The translations under genes were made by a program, and so were the position numbers. The notes beneath the pieces were generated by a model that saw nothing but the letters and a program-made list of their open reading frames with translations, was not told the origin of the DNA and did no database searches. Positions 9,674 through 19,348 of a stretch of 31,756 nucleotides of DNA are shown in pieces. The DNA comes from a virus, in UHGV virus genome UHGV-0302986. One strand, given 5' to 3'. The number at the start of each line of letters is the position of its first letter. The first letter of the stretch is position 1.

Positions 9674-10315
9674 TCAGCGACCAATCACCACAACCTGACC
9701 ACCATCCCCTTCGTCTGCCGTGCTGATCTCCTGAGAAACCACGCGTGACCCCACGCGCATTTCACCGTACAGAACCGGCAGAACATTGCCCTGGGCAACC
9801 ATGTTATCCAGTGAAGAAAAATAGGTATTCTGTTTGCCGTTATCCGTTGTCTGTGTGCGGGGGGTTTTGGGTTTAGGGGCCAGCATCTGTGCAACACCGC
9901 CAAGCGTCATACTGGTACCGAGAGAAAACAGCAGATTACTCGCCATAATTCCTACCCCCGGCATCCATATAGCAACCGCCATAACAGCCGCCCCCAGCAC
10001 AGCCTGAAACACACCGCCACTTTTGGCTCCTGCCAGACGCGGCACGATATGGATCACGGCACCATTTTCCAGCGGCTCATTAAGACGGGCAGACAATTCG
10101 GTTTCACCTGCATCACGCCCGGCAATGCGTACCTGGTACCAGCCGTCGCTCAGTTTCTGACGAAATGCCGGGATCTGCATGGCCAGCGCCCGGATGGCTT
10201 CGGACCCCGTTTTCACTCGAAGGTCGATGCGGCGGCCAAATCGTTGTAAATCCCCGTAAAGGCAGATGCGCGCCATGCCCGGTGACGCCAGAGGGAGTGT
10301 GTGCGTCGCTGCCAT
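9674..10315 (-). CDS. I: Tail assembly protein I
   Basis: 213 aa; MAATHTLPLASPGMARICLYGDLQRFGRRIDLRVKTG...; overlaps the 3' end of K as in lambda. Confidence 0.85.
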   Translation of the reverse strand: MAATHTLPLASPGMARICLYGDLQRFGRRIDLRVKTGSEAIRALAMQIPAFRQKLSDGWYQVRIAGRDAGETELSARLNEPLENGAVIHIVPRLAGAKSGGVFQAVLGAAVMAVAIWMPGVGIMASNLLFSLGTSMTLGGVAQMLAPKPKTPRTQTTDNGKQNTYFSSLDNMVAQGNVLPVLYGEMRVGSRVVSQEISTADEGDGGQVVVIGR

Positions 10316-10956
10316 TTGTCGGTATACCTCTCTCGTTTGCTCAGTTGTTCAGGAATATGGTGCAGCAGCTCGCCATCACCACAGTAAATGGCGGCATGAT
10401 TCGGCACCGATGAACCAAAACAGCACAGCAGCACATCGCCCGGTTGTGCTGATGACAACGGCACCTGATACAGCCCTGTGGCCTCCAGATTATCCAGATA
10501 GAGATTCTGGCCGTTACGCCACCAGTCATCCTCACGATGAAAGTCCGGCATCTCAATCCCCGCCAGATGATAAGCATCCCGGAACAGTGTGTAACAGTCC
10601 GTCACACCGTGCTCAAAGCGCCGCCCGGTGAGATGCGGCACACAGCGGAACTTATGAATCGTCCCCCGGCAGACCAGCCACCACGGCAAATCACTCTGCA
10701 CCTGCAGCCGCCGGTCGGCCTCACTCAGCCAGGGCAGACCACCGGGGTGGCTGTGGACCAGCGCCACAATCTCACCCTGCATTTCTGCCTGCAGCCAGTC
10801 TTCCGGCGACATACGGAAATACGCCTCCGGCTCACCGGAGATATTCACGCAGGGAAAATATCTTTCCCCCTCCGGCGTGCTTACCACGAAGCCGCACGAC
10901 TCCGCTGGCGCACATCGCCGGGCGTGCGCCAGAATCGCTGATTCTGTCTGTGTCAT
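10213..10956 (-). CDS. K: Tail assembly protein K (NlpC/P60 + MPN-like)
   Basis: MTQTESAILAHARRCAPAESCGFVVSTPEG...HSHPGG...; coordinates are the longest ORF and the true start may be internal. Confidence 0.85.
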   Translation of the reverse strand: MTQTESAILAHARRCAPAESCGFVVSTPEGERYFPCVNISGEPEAYFRMSPEDWLQAEMQGEIVALVHSHPGGLPWLSEADRRLQVQSDLPWWLVCRGTIHKFRCVPHLTGRRFEHGVTDCYTLFRDAYHLAGIEMPDFHREDDWWRNGQNLYLDNLEATGLYQVPLSSAQPGDVLLCCFGSSVPNHAAIYCGDGELLHHIPEQLSKRERYTDKWQRRTHSLWRHRAWRASAFTGIYNDLAAASTFE

Positions 10957-10961
10957 GGGAT

Positions 10962-11660
10962 TTACTGCGAAAGTTTGTTAATGGAAAGGAAGCCGCCAAA
11001 GTTGCCGACGTTATTGCGGAACTTACAACCGCTCAGGCATTTGCTGCATTTATCCTTCGTGATATCGGACGTTGACTGGTCATATTCATCCGCGACAGCC
11101 GGACCGCTATAACCGCACTCGTCACCGCGATAGGTCCAGGTGCAGGTGTTGGCCAGCATGATACGTCCCGGAAAAACAGCGCCATCCGTTTCCGTCGGCG
11201 TGGACAGTACAAAGGAGGCACTCACCGCGCTCAGTTCGCTGCACTGCTCAATGCGCCAGCGGCTGATCACCTCCTGCTCCGGATCGGCTTCGCTGTTTCC
11301 GTTGACGAAGTTCACCGCATCCAGAAAACGGGCGTAAACCTTACGCCGGACCACCGTTCCGCCGACCAGACTCTGCATATCTTCCGCCATCCCGGTGACC
11401 ATACCGTACAGGTTAGAAACCGTCAGCGTGGGGCGCGTACTGGTGCCTTTGCCATTCAGTTCAAAACCGCTCCCCTGAATGGGATACGGCTGATACTGTC
11501 GCCCCTGCCAGGTGACCGGCTCACCTTTTTCGTTCTGCTCATTACAGAAAAAATAACGTTCTCCACCGACCTCTGTCAGGTCGATTTCCCAGAGCACCAC
11601 GCTGGCCGACTGCTCCGCACGGGTGCATTCATTCAGTGTTTCCTGCCGGATATCCTGCAT
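10962..11660 (-). CDS. L: Minor tail protein L
   Basis: 232 aa; MQDIRQETLNECTRAEQSASVVLWEIDLTEVGGERYFF..., same length as lambda L. Confidence 0.9.
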   Translation of the reverse strand: MQDIRQETLNECTRAEQSASVVLWEIDLTEVGGERYFFCNEQNEKGEPVTWQGRQYQPYPIQGSGFELNGKGTSTRPTLTVSNLYGMVTGMAEDMQSLVGGTVVRRKVYARFLDAVNFVNGNSEADPEQEVISRWRIEQCSELSAVSASFVLSTPTETDGAVFPGRIMLANTCTWTYRGDECGYSGPAVADEYDQSTSDITKDKCSKCLSGCKFRNNVGNFGGFLSINKLSQ

Positions 11661-11989
11661 CAGTTCACCACCTGTTCAAACTCTGCGCTGAACTCAACAC
11701 GCAACATACTGACCCGCGACGACCATTTTGCGCAGGTCACCTTTATCTGCCGCCACTCATAAGGCGGCGTCCACAGAAAGGATTTCCAGCCCCCGTGCTC
11801 TTCCAGAAACGACTCCAGTACCGTGGCCTCCTCACGGGGGACAGAAAGCGTCACGCTGTACGTTTTCAGGTTGGCATTCAGCCCGGCAGGCGCTCGCTGA
11901 GAATAGCCATCACCAAAGCGCACCTTTCTTACAGAAGGGACCGAAGCCACATCCATACCGGGTTTCACTTTCCAGCGGAAGGTCTTCAT
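11660..11989 (-). CDS. M: Minor tail protein M
   Basis: 109 aa; MKTFRWKVKPGMDVASVPSVRKVRFGDGYSQRAPAGLNANLKTYSVTLSV... Confidence 0.9.
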   Translation of the reverse strand: MKTFRWKVKPGMDVASVPSVRKVRFGDGYSQRAPAGLNANLKTYSVTLSVPREEATVLESFLEEHGGWKSFLWTPPYEWRQIKVTCAKWSSRVSMLRVEFSAEFEQVVN

Positions 11990-14547
11990 CGTCCACCTCC
12001 GGAGAACAGGCCACCATCACGCATCTGTGTCTGAATTTCATCACGGGCACCCTTGCGGGCCATGTCATACACCGCCTTCAGAGCAGCCGGACCTATCTGC
12101 CCGTTCGTGCCGTCGTTGTTAATCACCACATGGTTATTCTGCTCAAACGTCCCGGACGCCTGCGACCGGCTGTCTGCCATGCTGCCCGGTGTACCGACAT
12201 AACCGCCGGTGGCATAGCCGCGCATCAGCCGGTAAAGATTCCCCACGCCAATCCGGCTGGTTACCTCCTTCGTGAAGACAAACTCACCACGGTGAACAAT
12301 CCCCGCTGGCTCATATTTGCCGCCGGTTCCCGTAAATCCTCCGGTTGCAAAATGGAATTTCGCCGCAGCGGCCTGAATGGCTGTACCGCCTGACGCGGAT
12401 GCGCCGCCACCAACAGCCCCGCCAATGGCGCTGCCGATACTCCCGACAATCCCCACCATTGCCTGCTTAAGCAGAATTTCTGTCATCATGGACAGCACGG
12501 AACGGGTGAAGCTGCGCCAGTTCTGCTCACTGCCGGTCAGCATCGCCGCCATATTCTGTGCAATACCATCAAAGGTCTGCGTGGCTGCACTTTTTACCTG
12601 CGACATACTGTCCGTGGCGCTCTCTTCCCACTCACTCCAGCCGGACTTCAGGCCTGCCATCCAGTTCCCGCGAAGCTGGTCTTCAGCCGCCCAGGTCTTT
12701 TTCTGCTCTGACATGATGTTATTCAGCGCCAGCGGATTATCGCCATACTGTTCCTTCAGGCGCTGTTCCGTGGCTTCCCGTTCTGCCTGCCGGTCAGTCA
12801 GCCCCCGGCTTTTCGCATCAATGGCGGCCCGTTTTGCCCGTTGCTGCTGTGCGAATTTATCCGCCTGCTGCGCCAGCGCGTTCAGGCGCTCCTGATACGT
12901 AACCTTGTCGCCAAGTGCAGCCAGCTGGCGTTTGTACTCCAGCGTCTCATCTTTATGCGCCAGCAGGGATTTCTCCTGTGCAGACAGCTGGCGACGTTGC
13001 GCCGCCTCCTCCAGTACCGCGAACTGACTCTCCGCCTTCCACAAATCCCGGCGCTGCTGGCTGATTTTCTCATTTGCTCCGGCATGCTTCTCCAGCGTCC
13101 GGAGTTCTGCCTGAAGCGTCAGCAGGGCAGCATGAGCACTGTCTTCCTGACGATCGCCCGCAGACACCTTCACGCCGGACTGTTTCGGCTTTTTCAGCGT
13201 CGCTTCATAATCCTTTTTCGCCGCCGCCATCAGCGTGTTGTAATCCGCCTGCAGGATTTTCCCGTCTTTCAGTGCCTTGTTCAGTTCTTCCTGACGGGCG
13301 GTATATTTCTCCAGCGGCGTCTGCAGCCGTTCGTAAGCCTTCTGCGCCTCTTCGGTATATTTCAGCCGTGACGCTTCGGTATCGCTCTGCTGCTGCGCAT
13401 TTTTGTCCTGTTGACTCTGCTGCTCAGCCTTCTTTCGGGCGGCTTCAAGCGCAAGACGGGCCTTTTCACGATCATCCCAGTAACGCGCCCGCGCTTCATC
13501 GTTAACAAAATAATCATCCTTGCGCAGATTCCAGATATCGTCCGCTTTCTTAAACGCGGCCTCTGCCTTAATCAGCATCTCCTGCGCGGTATCAGGACGA
13601 CCAATATCCAGCACCGCATCCCACATGGATTTGAATGCCCGTGCTGTCCTGTCTGCCCAGGTTTCCAGCGTGCCCATGTTCTCTTTCAGGCGGCGGGTCT
13701 GGTCATCAAACCCTTTCGTCGCGGCCTCGTTCGCCGCCTGCAATGCCCCGGCTTCTTCGCCGGAACGCTGCAACTGAGCAACATACGCAATCTGCTCCGC
13801 CGTCACGTTATGGAACTGGCGCGCCATCGCTGTCAGCCCCGACGTCGGGTCAGTGGTCAGCTTCCCGAAGGCTTCAGCGACCTTGTCCACCTCCACGCCG
13901 GATGCAGAGGAGAAACGCGCCACACTCTGGCTGATGGACGCAATCTGAGCCTCACCGCTTACCCCCGCCTTAACCAGTGCGCTGAGTGACTCGCTGGTCT
14001 GGTTAAACGTCAGCCCTGCCGCCTGCCCGGCTCTGGACAGGACCAGCATACGATCTGCCGTCAGCCCGGCCTGATTGCCGGAAAGGACCAGCGTTTTGTT
14101 GAAATCGGACAGGGTTGAGTTGCCCTGATACCAGGCATACGCCAGCGCACCGGTCGCCACCGCCAGCGAGGTGGCCCCCACCATCGGCAGGGTGATCGCA
14201 CCGGCAAGCCCCCGGAACATGGGGATCATCCCGCCGAAGGAGTCCTTCACCTGACCCCCCTGTTGCAGCAGGATCAGCCACGGACTTTGCCCGCCTGCAA
14301 GCTGCGTGGCCACGTCAGTGAACTGCGCAGGCAGCATACGCATGGCGGCTTTATACTGCCCGACGGAAATTCCCGCTTTCTGTGCAGCCAGCGCCTGCCG
14401 GTTCATCGACTGTTCAACGACTGCCGCTGTTTTTTTCGCATCACTTTCCGTACCGGAAAAATGACGCCTGACTCTGGCCATCTGCTCGTCAAATCTGGCC
14501 GCATCCAGACTCAAATCAACGACCAGATCGCCTACCGGTTCAGCCAT
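11986..14547 (-). CDS. H: Tail tape measure protein H
   Basis: 853 aa, same length as lambda H; MAEPVGDLVVDLSLDAARFDEQMARVRRHF... Confidence 0.95.
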   Translation of the reverse strand: MAEPVGDLVVDLSLDAARFDEQMARVRRHFSGTESDAKKTAAVVEQSMNRQALAAQKAGISVGQYKAAMRMLPAQFTDVATQLAGGQSPWLILLQQGGQVKDSFGGMIPMFRGLAGAITLPMVGATSLAVATGALAYAWYQGNSTLSDFNKTLVLSGNQAGLTADRMLVLSRAGQAAGLTFNQTSESLSALVKAGVSGEAQIASISQSVARFSSASGVEVDKVAEAFGKLTTDPTSGLTAMARQFHNVTAEQIAYVAQLQRSGEEAGALQAANEAATKGFDDQTRRLKENMGTLETWADRTARAFKSMWDAVLDIGRPDTAQEMLIKAEAAFKKADDIWNLRKDDYFVNDEARARYWDDREKARLALEAARKKAEQQSQQDKNAQQQSDTEASRLKYTEEAQKAYERLQTPLEKYTARQEELNKALKDGKILQADYNTLMAAAKKDYEATLKKPKQSGVKVSAGDRQEDSAHAALLTLQAELRTLEKHAGANEKISQQRRDLWKAESQFAVLEEAAQRRQLSAQEKSLLAHKDETLEYKRQLAALGDKVTYQERLNALAQQADKFAQQQRAKRAAIDAKSRGLTDRQAEREATEQRLKEQYGDNPLALNNIMSEQKKTWAAEDQLRGNWMAGLKSGWSEWEESATDSMSQVKSAATQTFDGIAQNMAAMLTGSEQNWRSFTRSVLSMMTEILLKQAMVGIVGSIGSAIGGAVGGGASASGGTAIQAAAAKFHFATGGFTGTGGKYEPAGIVHRGEFVFTKEVTSRIGVGNLYRLMRGYATGGYVGTPGSMADSRSQASGTFEQNNHVVINNDGTNGQIGPAALKAVYDMARKGARDEIQTQMRDGGLFSGGGR

Positions 14548-14974
14548 ACCGGACTCCTCCTGCGATCCCTTCTGATACTGTCATCAGCATTACGTCATCC
14601 TCCGTCATGTCCGCCACATCCGGGGAAGTAGGGATAACTTCATTCCCGTCCGGGCCAAAGCGGACACCTCCGGCAAGCCCTGCCGCTTTCTGCATCAGCA
14701 CATCATCTTCAGGCTCTTCGTCAGCCTCACGCCGGTTCAGCAAACTGAAATCCAGCGGATGCATATCCGGATCGCTGAAAAACAGGCTGAGCACGGTGTA
14801 CGTCAGCCCGGAAAAGTGCATATCCAGCAGAACATCATGAAAATAATGGGTACTGTAAAAGCGGTGCCAGTCGGCATACTCCGTGGATGACATCCCGGCA
14901 AGCATGGCACGCCAGTCGGGTCGCCCCATCTCACGCGCCAGTTTCAGGGCAAAACTCAGCTCACCGTCGAACAC
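14540..14974 (-). CDS. T: Tail assembly protein T frame, expressed as G-T fusion by programmed -1 frameshift
   Basis: Track ORF ...FDGELSFALKLAREMGRPDWRAMLAGMSSTEYADWHRFYSTHYFHDVLLD...; it opens in the -1 frame exactly at the slippery site in G. Confidence 0.85.
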   Translation of the reverse strand: MFDGELSFALKLAREMGRPDWRAMLAGMSSTEYADWHRFYSTHYFHDVLLDMHFSGLTYTVLSLFFSDPDMHPLDFSLLNRREADEEPEDDVLMQKAAGLAGGVRFGPDGNEVIPTSPDVADMTEDDVMLMTVSEGIAGGVRYG

Positions 14975-15378
14975 TTTCCCGCAAAAACAGGCTCTGCGGG
15001 CCCGGCGTCCTCTGTCTGTTCAGGGGCATTATTCACCACAAACTCATACATACCAGACAGCCGGTACACCACGTTTTCAGCATGAGAAATTGCCTCCGTG
15101 GGCCAGGTGGTAAGCACTTCCTGCTCAATCTGTTTAACGGCTTCATTCATGGACGGCATCTGCGTCTTCTGCGGATGGTTATGCCACAGGGACATCGCCA
15201 CCAGAAACGCGCCGGTTTTGATGGCGTCTTCCACAGTAAACTTCCGGTTGCTGTCTGACTCCGCCTGTTCTGCCTGCCGTTTCATCAGGGCGAGATGCTC
15301 AATACGCTGCAGGGCTGACAGTTCAGAAAGCGTGACGGTCACACCGTTATGTTCAAATGATTCGGTTTTCAGGAACAT
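14956..15378 (-). CDS. G: Tail assembly chaperone G
   Basis: 140 aa; MFLKTESFEHNGVTVTLSELSALQRIEHLALMKRQ...AGKCSTVS. Confidence 0.9.
   Translation of the reverse strand: MFLKTESFEHNGVTVTLSELSALQRIEHLALMKRQAEQAESDSNRKFTVEDAIKTGAFLVAMSLWHNHPQKTQMPSMNEAVKQIEQEVLTTWPTEAISHAENVVYRLSGMYEFVVNNAPEQTEDAGPAEPVFAGKCSTVS
14974..14980 (-). promoter_or_regulatory. Programmed -1 ribosomal frameshift slippery heptamer G GGA AAG (G to G-T)
   Basis: The minus strand reads GCG GGA AAG TGT TCG ACG GTG AGC TGA in the G frame. A shift to -1 reads GGG AAA GTG TTC GAC GGT GAG CTG AGT..., which is the T ORF. Confidence 0.85.
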
Positions 15379-15393
15379 CGCTGACTCTCCGGA

Positions 15394-16134
15394 TTAACTG
15401 GCGGTGACGTTGATTTCTGCAACCGCAGCAAACTCACCATTACCGGATACGACCGGAATGTTGACCTTGCCTGCAGCAACACCTTTCACGGTGATGGTCA
15501 TACCACTGACCGACACGGTGGCTTTTGTTTTATCCGCAGACACCGCACGGAAGCTCTTGTCGGTTGCGCACTCCGGCTGGAATGCCACGGTCAGCGTGGT
15601 GCTCTGCCCTTTCACTACGGAAGCACTGGCGGGTGTCACCGTCATGCCGGTTGTCGCCGTCACCGTGCTGCGATCTTCTGCCATCGACGGACGTCCCACA
15701 TTGGTGACTTTCACCGTGCGGGTGATCACTTCCTTCGCCGTCACCGCCTTACCGATACTGCTGACCCAGCCACGGAACACATCGACCGTGCCGTTCGGGA
15801 AGCGGATTTTATAGGCACGGGTATCGCCTTCATTAAACCACGCCAGCAGCGCCTGCTGCCCCTGCTCTCCGGGCATCCACGCCAGCGTGAAGCTGGTATC
15901 TCCGGCAGATTTCTGCCCCTGCCCGGTCGCAGTCCAGTCCGCATTTTCATCATCGAGATAGCTGTCGTCATAGGACTCAGCGGTCAGTTCGCCGGGCGTC
16001 AGGTCTTTAACTTTTGCCAGACGCGACCAGTCAACGTCTGAAAGCGGATTCGCATAAGGGTCACCGCTCCCCTTATAAACCAACAGGGTGGTCCCGGCAC
16101 CTTTCACCGGCATTGTAGGATTTGGTACAGGCAT
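15394..16134 (-). CDS. V: Major tail protein V
   Basis: Track ORF 15394..16164; the lambda V start [16 protein letters not shown] is at its internal Met (ATG ending 16134); C-terminal Ig-like region ...[16 protein letters not shown]. Confidence 0.9.
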   Translation of the reverse strand: MPVPNPTMPVKGAGTTLLVYKGSGDPYANPLSDVDWSRLAKVKDLTPGELTAESYDDSYLDDENADWTATGQGQKSAGDTSFTLAWMPGEQGQQALLAWFNEGDTRAYKIRFPNGTVDVFRGWVSSIGKAVTAKEVITRTVKVTNVGRPSMAEDRSTVTATTGMTVTPASASVVKGQSTTLTVAFQPECATDKSFRAVSADKTKATVSVSGMTITVKGVAAGKVNIPVVSGNGEFAAVAEINVTAS

Positions 16135-16141
16135 AGCGTCC

Positions 16142-16537
16142 TCACATTTCATAGGTAATGACATACGTCAGATCGGCTGAACTCCACAGGCCCGCATCAT
16201 CGTCGCGCCGGTAGTCATAGCCACTGGCCACCATACTGGTGATCAAATCTGACAGTGCCGGGATATCGCTCATCACCGGATAAATCCGGGACTCCATCCA
16301 CGAATCCAGCTCTGAATCCGGCACCTGAGCAGGCAGGAAAACTTCAATATGCAGCTCCGCCTGCCAGGTATCGCTGTCCAGCTCTTCGCCCGTGTATTCA
16401 GCGCCGGTGAGATAAACGGCAATTGCCGGAAAATCCGCCTCATCAAAAACAGCGGGGCGACCATCAAAAAGCGTCGCCCCGGTGTCATGCTTCTCCAGTG
16501 CATCCAGTACGGCTGCACGGAGTTCAGTATGTTTCAT
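16142..16537 (-). CDS. U: Tail terminator protein U
   Basis: 131 aa; [43 protein letters not shown]... Confidence 0.9.
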   Translation of the reverse strand: MKHTELRAAVLDALEKHDTGATLFDGRPAVFDEADFPAIAVYLTGAEYTGEELDSDTWQAELHIEVFLPAQVPDSELDSWMESRIYPVMSDIPALSDLITSMVASGYDYRRDDDAGLWSSADLTYVITYEM

Positions 16538-17112
16538 CGCTTTATTACCATTCTCAGTTGATGCTGCAGCGCATAGCCCAGCTCTTTCGGAAGACGTTCA
16601 CGCCGTATCCGTTCAATATTCTGTTTAAACGCCGTGGTAAGCGGCACCGCCATCGGGATTTTCACCACATCAATGGGGTAACGGTTTTTCCCGGCCACAC
16701 GCTGCATGACATGCCACCGGCCATTTTTCAGTTGCTGAATAAACGCGCCGGGAATACGACGGTTTCCCACCACAAGCACGCTGCCGCCACCTTTCAGGGA
16801 TGAACGCTGCCCCTTTTTACGACGTCTGCGGCGGGAAAGGACAACCCGCGCGTTACCCAGCTTGATTACGGGCAAATCCCCCCGGTTAACCCTGATTCTG
16901 GCCTGCGGATTTTTGACCGTGGCCCTTTTCAGCCTGGCCCTTTCCTTTACCAGTTTCCGGCGTACCTTTGTCTCACGGGCAACCTGTGCCACCGACTGCG
17001 ATATCGCGGATGAAGCAACGCGGTTAATGGCCATTGCGGCGGCACCGGGCACCGCCGTTCTGCTGATACGGCTGAGGTTTTCAACGGCCTGCTCAAGACC
17101 TTTTATGGCCAT
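16534..17112 (-). CDS. Z: Tail completion protein Z
   Basis: 192 aa; MAIKGLEQAVENLSRISRTAVPGAAAMAINRVASSAISQS... Confidence 0.9.
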   Translation of the reverse strand: MAIKGLEQAVENLSRISRTAVPGAAAMAINRVASSAISQSVAQVARETKVRRKLVKERARLKRATVKNPQARIRVNRGDLPVIKLGNARVVLSRRRRRKKGQRSSLKGGGSVLVVGNRRIPGAFIQQLKNGRWHVMQRVAGKNRYPIDVVKIPMAVPLTTAFKQNIERIRRERLPKELGYALQHQLRMVIKR

Positions 17113-17123
17113 ACATCCCCCTT

Positions 17124-17477
17124 TCAGCGGCGACGGTTAACGGCAGGCGGTACGCCCCGCCCAAGCCAGAGATGACAGCTTCCGCCATCATCCGGCGAAA
17201 TCCGGTCTATCCAGAAGTTTTCCTCACCGATGGTCAGCGTGTCGCCACGCCGCAGCTGCCGCACATCATCAGTCCGGACAAACAGGGACGGGCTGGAGCC
17301 TTCAACGCGCACCCCCTGTCCGGCATAGCTGATATTTTCAGGGTCATCAAAAACACCACGTATCACAGCACCGGACTGCTCACCGGATGTCATGGTGGCT
17401 GACGTTCCCATGTACCCGCGTATCGTTTCATCGGCGCGGGCAATGGCAGCATCGAACAGGTTATCGGAATCAGCCAC
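17124..17477 (-). CDS. FII: Head-tail connector protein FII
   Basis: 117 aa; MADSDNLFDAAIARADETIRGYMGTSATMTSGEQSG... Confidence 0.9.
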   Translation of the reverse strand: MADSDNLFDAAIARADETIRGYMGTSATMTSGEQSGAVIRGVFDDPENISYAGQGVRVEGSSPSLFVRTDDVRQLRRGDTLTIGEENFWIDRISPDDGGSCHLWLGRGVPPAVNRRR

Positions 17478-17488
17478 AGCGCCTCCCG

Positions 17489-17884
17489 TTATTGCATTCT
17501 GGCCAGGCCATGTTCTGTCATTTCGGCTGCCACACCGGCAGAGACACGAAACGCCGTTCCCGGCAGCACAAATGCCACAGGCTCATCCCGCGTGGCGTGA
17601 AGTGCATCAGTATGCAGCGTCACCAGTGCCACGACCGTGACCAGAGCAGCCGTATCAATCACGGTATCCGGCTGCGCTGATACCACCTCATTTTCATGTC
17701 CGGTCAGCGCATTTTCCGGGCTGACAGATGTGTCCTGACCGGCAGCGTCATCCGTGTCATCAAGCTCCTCTTCCAGCTCTGCCACACGGAGCACCAGTTC
17801 TTCTTTCGTCCCCGTCAGGCTGACATCACGGTTCAGTTGCTCACCCAGCACCTGAAGACGGGCAATCAGTTCATCTTTCGTCAT
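17489..17884 (-). CDS. FI: DNA packaging protein FI
   Basis: Track ORF 17489..17923; the lambda FI start MTKDELIARLQVLGEQLNRDVSLTGTKEEL is at its internal Met (132 aa). Confidence 0.85.
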   Translation of the reverse strand: MTKDELIARLQVLGEQLNRDVSLTGTKEELVLRVAELEEELDDTDDAAGQDTSVSPENALTGHENEVVSAQPDTVIDTAALVTVVALVTLHTDALHATRDEPVAFVLPGTAFRVSAGVAAEMTEHGLARMQ

Positions 17885-17925
17885 GGACTCCTCCACAGAG
17901 AGAAAATGGCCCCGAAGGGCCATGA

Positions 17926-18951
17926 TTACGCCAGTTGTACGGACACGAACGCATCAGGATCAGCCAGCAGCATCAGCGGTGCTGACTGAATCATGGTGAA
18001 CTCACGCGCCGGATCGCCGGTGGTCACCCAGTTTTTCGGGTAGCGGGCAGAGGCGTTAATACCTTCGCGCTGTGCGTCCGCATCCTGAATGCAGCCATAG
18101 GTGCGCAGACCGCGTGCCTGAGTGTTCCCCAGCACCATCGTGTTGTCCGGCAGGAAGTTCTTTTTGACGTCGTTTTCCACGTACTGTCCGGAATACACGA
18201 CGATCGCCGTATCGCCATACATCCCCTTATAGGACACCGCTTCGCCCAGGTCTTTTACCGCTGTCTCCAGTTCGGAATGAGAGCCGCGACGGGTATCCAG
18301 CTTCTCCTTGACGGCTTTGAAGGAACGGAACAGCGCCCAGCCTTTCGGATCAAACACGATGATATTCACCACGCCGCTGGCGTTCAGCGCGTAGGCTTCG
18401 ATATCGTCGGTCGGGTCATACGTGGACTTGTCACGCTTGCTCCACTCCGTGCCGCCGGACTGCGTGATGTTGTTCGCCGCACTGCGGCCCATATCCACCT
18501 CAACCGGATCGAAGGCTTCACCGGTCATGGTGTATTTGCCCTTGAGCACGGCAGAAACTGCCTGCATCTCTTCGACCTGAGCAATGGCCAGCTCTTCGTC
18601 ACGCATGTTCTGCAGGATGATGCGACGGCGGCGGTAAGCCGGGTCCGCCAGATTCTGCGGATCTTCATCCGGCAGGCGACGCAGGGTCATCTGCGGATTC
18701 ACTTCATGCTTGGGTTTGACATATCCCGGCGTAAATTCAGAGGTGGAGCCGCCACGGGAACGGATAACCTCACCGGAAACAATCGGCGAAACGTACAGCG
18801 CCATGTTTACCAGTCCCGGAATTTGTGAGAGATAGACTTTCTCCGTAGTGAAGGGATAGCTCTCACGGAAAAAGAGACGCAGAAACAGCGGATCAAACTT
18901 AAATTTCTGCTCATTTGCCGCCAGCAGCTGGGCGGTTGTGTACATCGACAT
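17926..18951 (-). CDS. E: Major capsid protein E
   Basis: Track ORF 17926..18978; the lambda E start MSMYTTAQLLAANEQKFKFDPLFLRLFFRESYPF is at its internal Met (341 aa). Confidence 0.95.
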   Translation of the reverse strand: MSMYTTAQLLAANEQKFKFDPLFLRLFFRESYPFTTEKVYLSQIPGLVNMALYVSPIVSGEVIRSRGGSTSEFTPGYVKPKHEVNPQMTLRRLPDEDPQNLADPAYRRRRIILQNMRDEELAIAQVEEMQAVSAVLKGKYTMTGEAFDPVEVDMGRSAANNITQSGGTEWSKRDKSTYDPTDDIEAYALNASGVVNIIVFDPKGWALFRSFKAVKEKLDTRRGSHSELETAVKDLGEAVSYKGMYGDTAIVVYSGQYVENDVKKNFLPDNTMVLGNTQARGLRTYGCIQDADAQREGINASARYPKNWVTTGDPAREFTMIQSAPLMLLADPDAFVSVQLA

Positions 18952-19006
18952 AAAAAAATCCCGTAAAAAAAGCCGCACAGGCGGCCTTTAGTGATGAAGG
19001 GTAAAG

Positions 19007-19339
19007 TTAAACGATGCTGATTGCCGTTCCGGCAAACGCGGTCCGTTTTTTCGTCTCGTCGCTGGCAGCCTCCGGCCAGAGCACATCCTCATAACGGAAC
19101 GTGCCGGACTTGTAGAACGTCAGCGTGGTGCTGGTCTGGTCAGCATCAACCGCCAGAATGCCAACGGCAGCACCGTCGGTGGTGCCATCCCACGCAACCA
19201 GCTTACGGGTGGAGGTATCCAGCATCAGCGGGGTCATTGCAGGCGCTTTCGCACTCAATCCGCCGGGCGCGGTTGCCGTATGTGCCGGGTCACTGTTGCC
19301 CAGCGGCTGGTAATGGGTAAAGGTTTCTTTGCTCGTCAT
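19007..19339 (-). CDS. D: Capsid decoration protein D
   Basis: [43 protein letters not shown]...AISIV (110 aa from the third codon of the track ORF). Confidence 0.9.
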   Translation of the reverse strand: MTSKETFTHYQPLGNSDPAHTATAPGGLSAKAPAMTPLMLDTSTRKLVAWDGTTDGAAVGILAVDADQTSTTLTFYKSGTFRYEDVLWPEAASDETKKRTAFAGTAISIV

Positions 19340-19348
19340 AAACATCCC

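Noticed and set aside
12377-13989. Chain of plus-strand ORFs (172-192 aa) antisense to H
   Set aside because: They are antisense frames of the tape measure gene, whose length and sequence match lambda H; no supporting signals.
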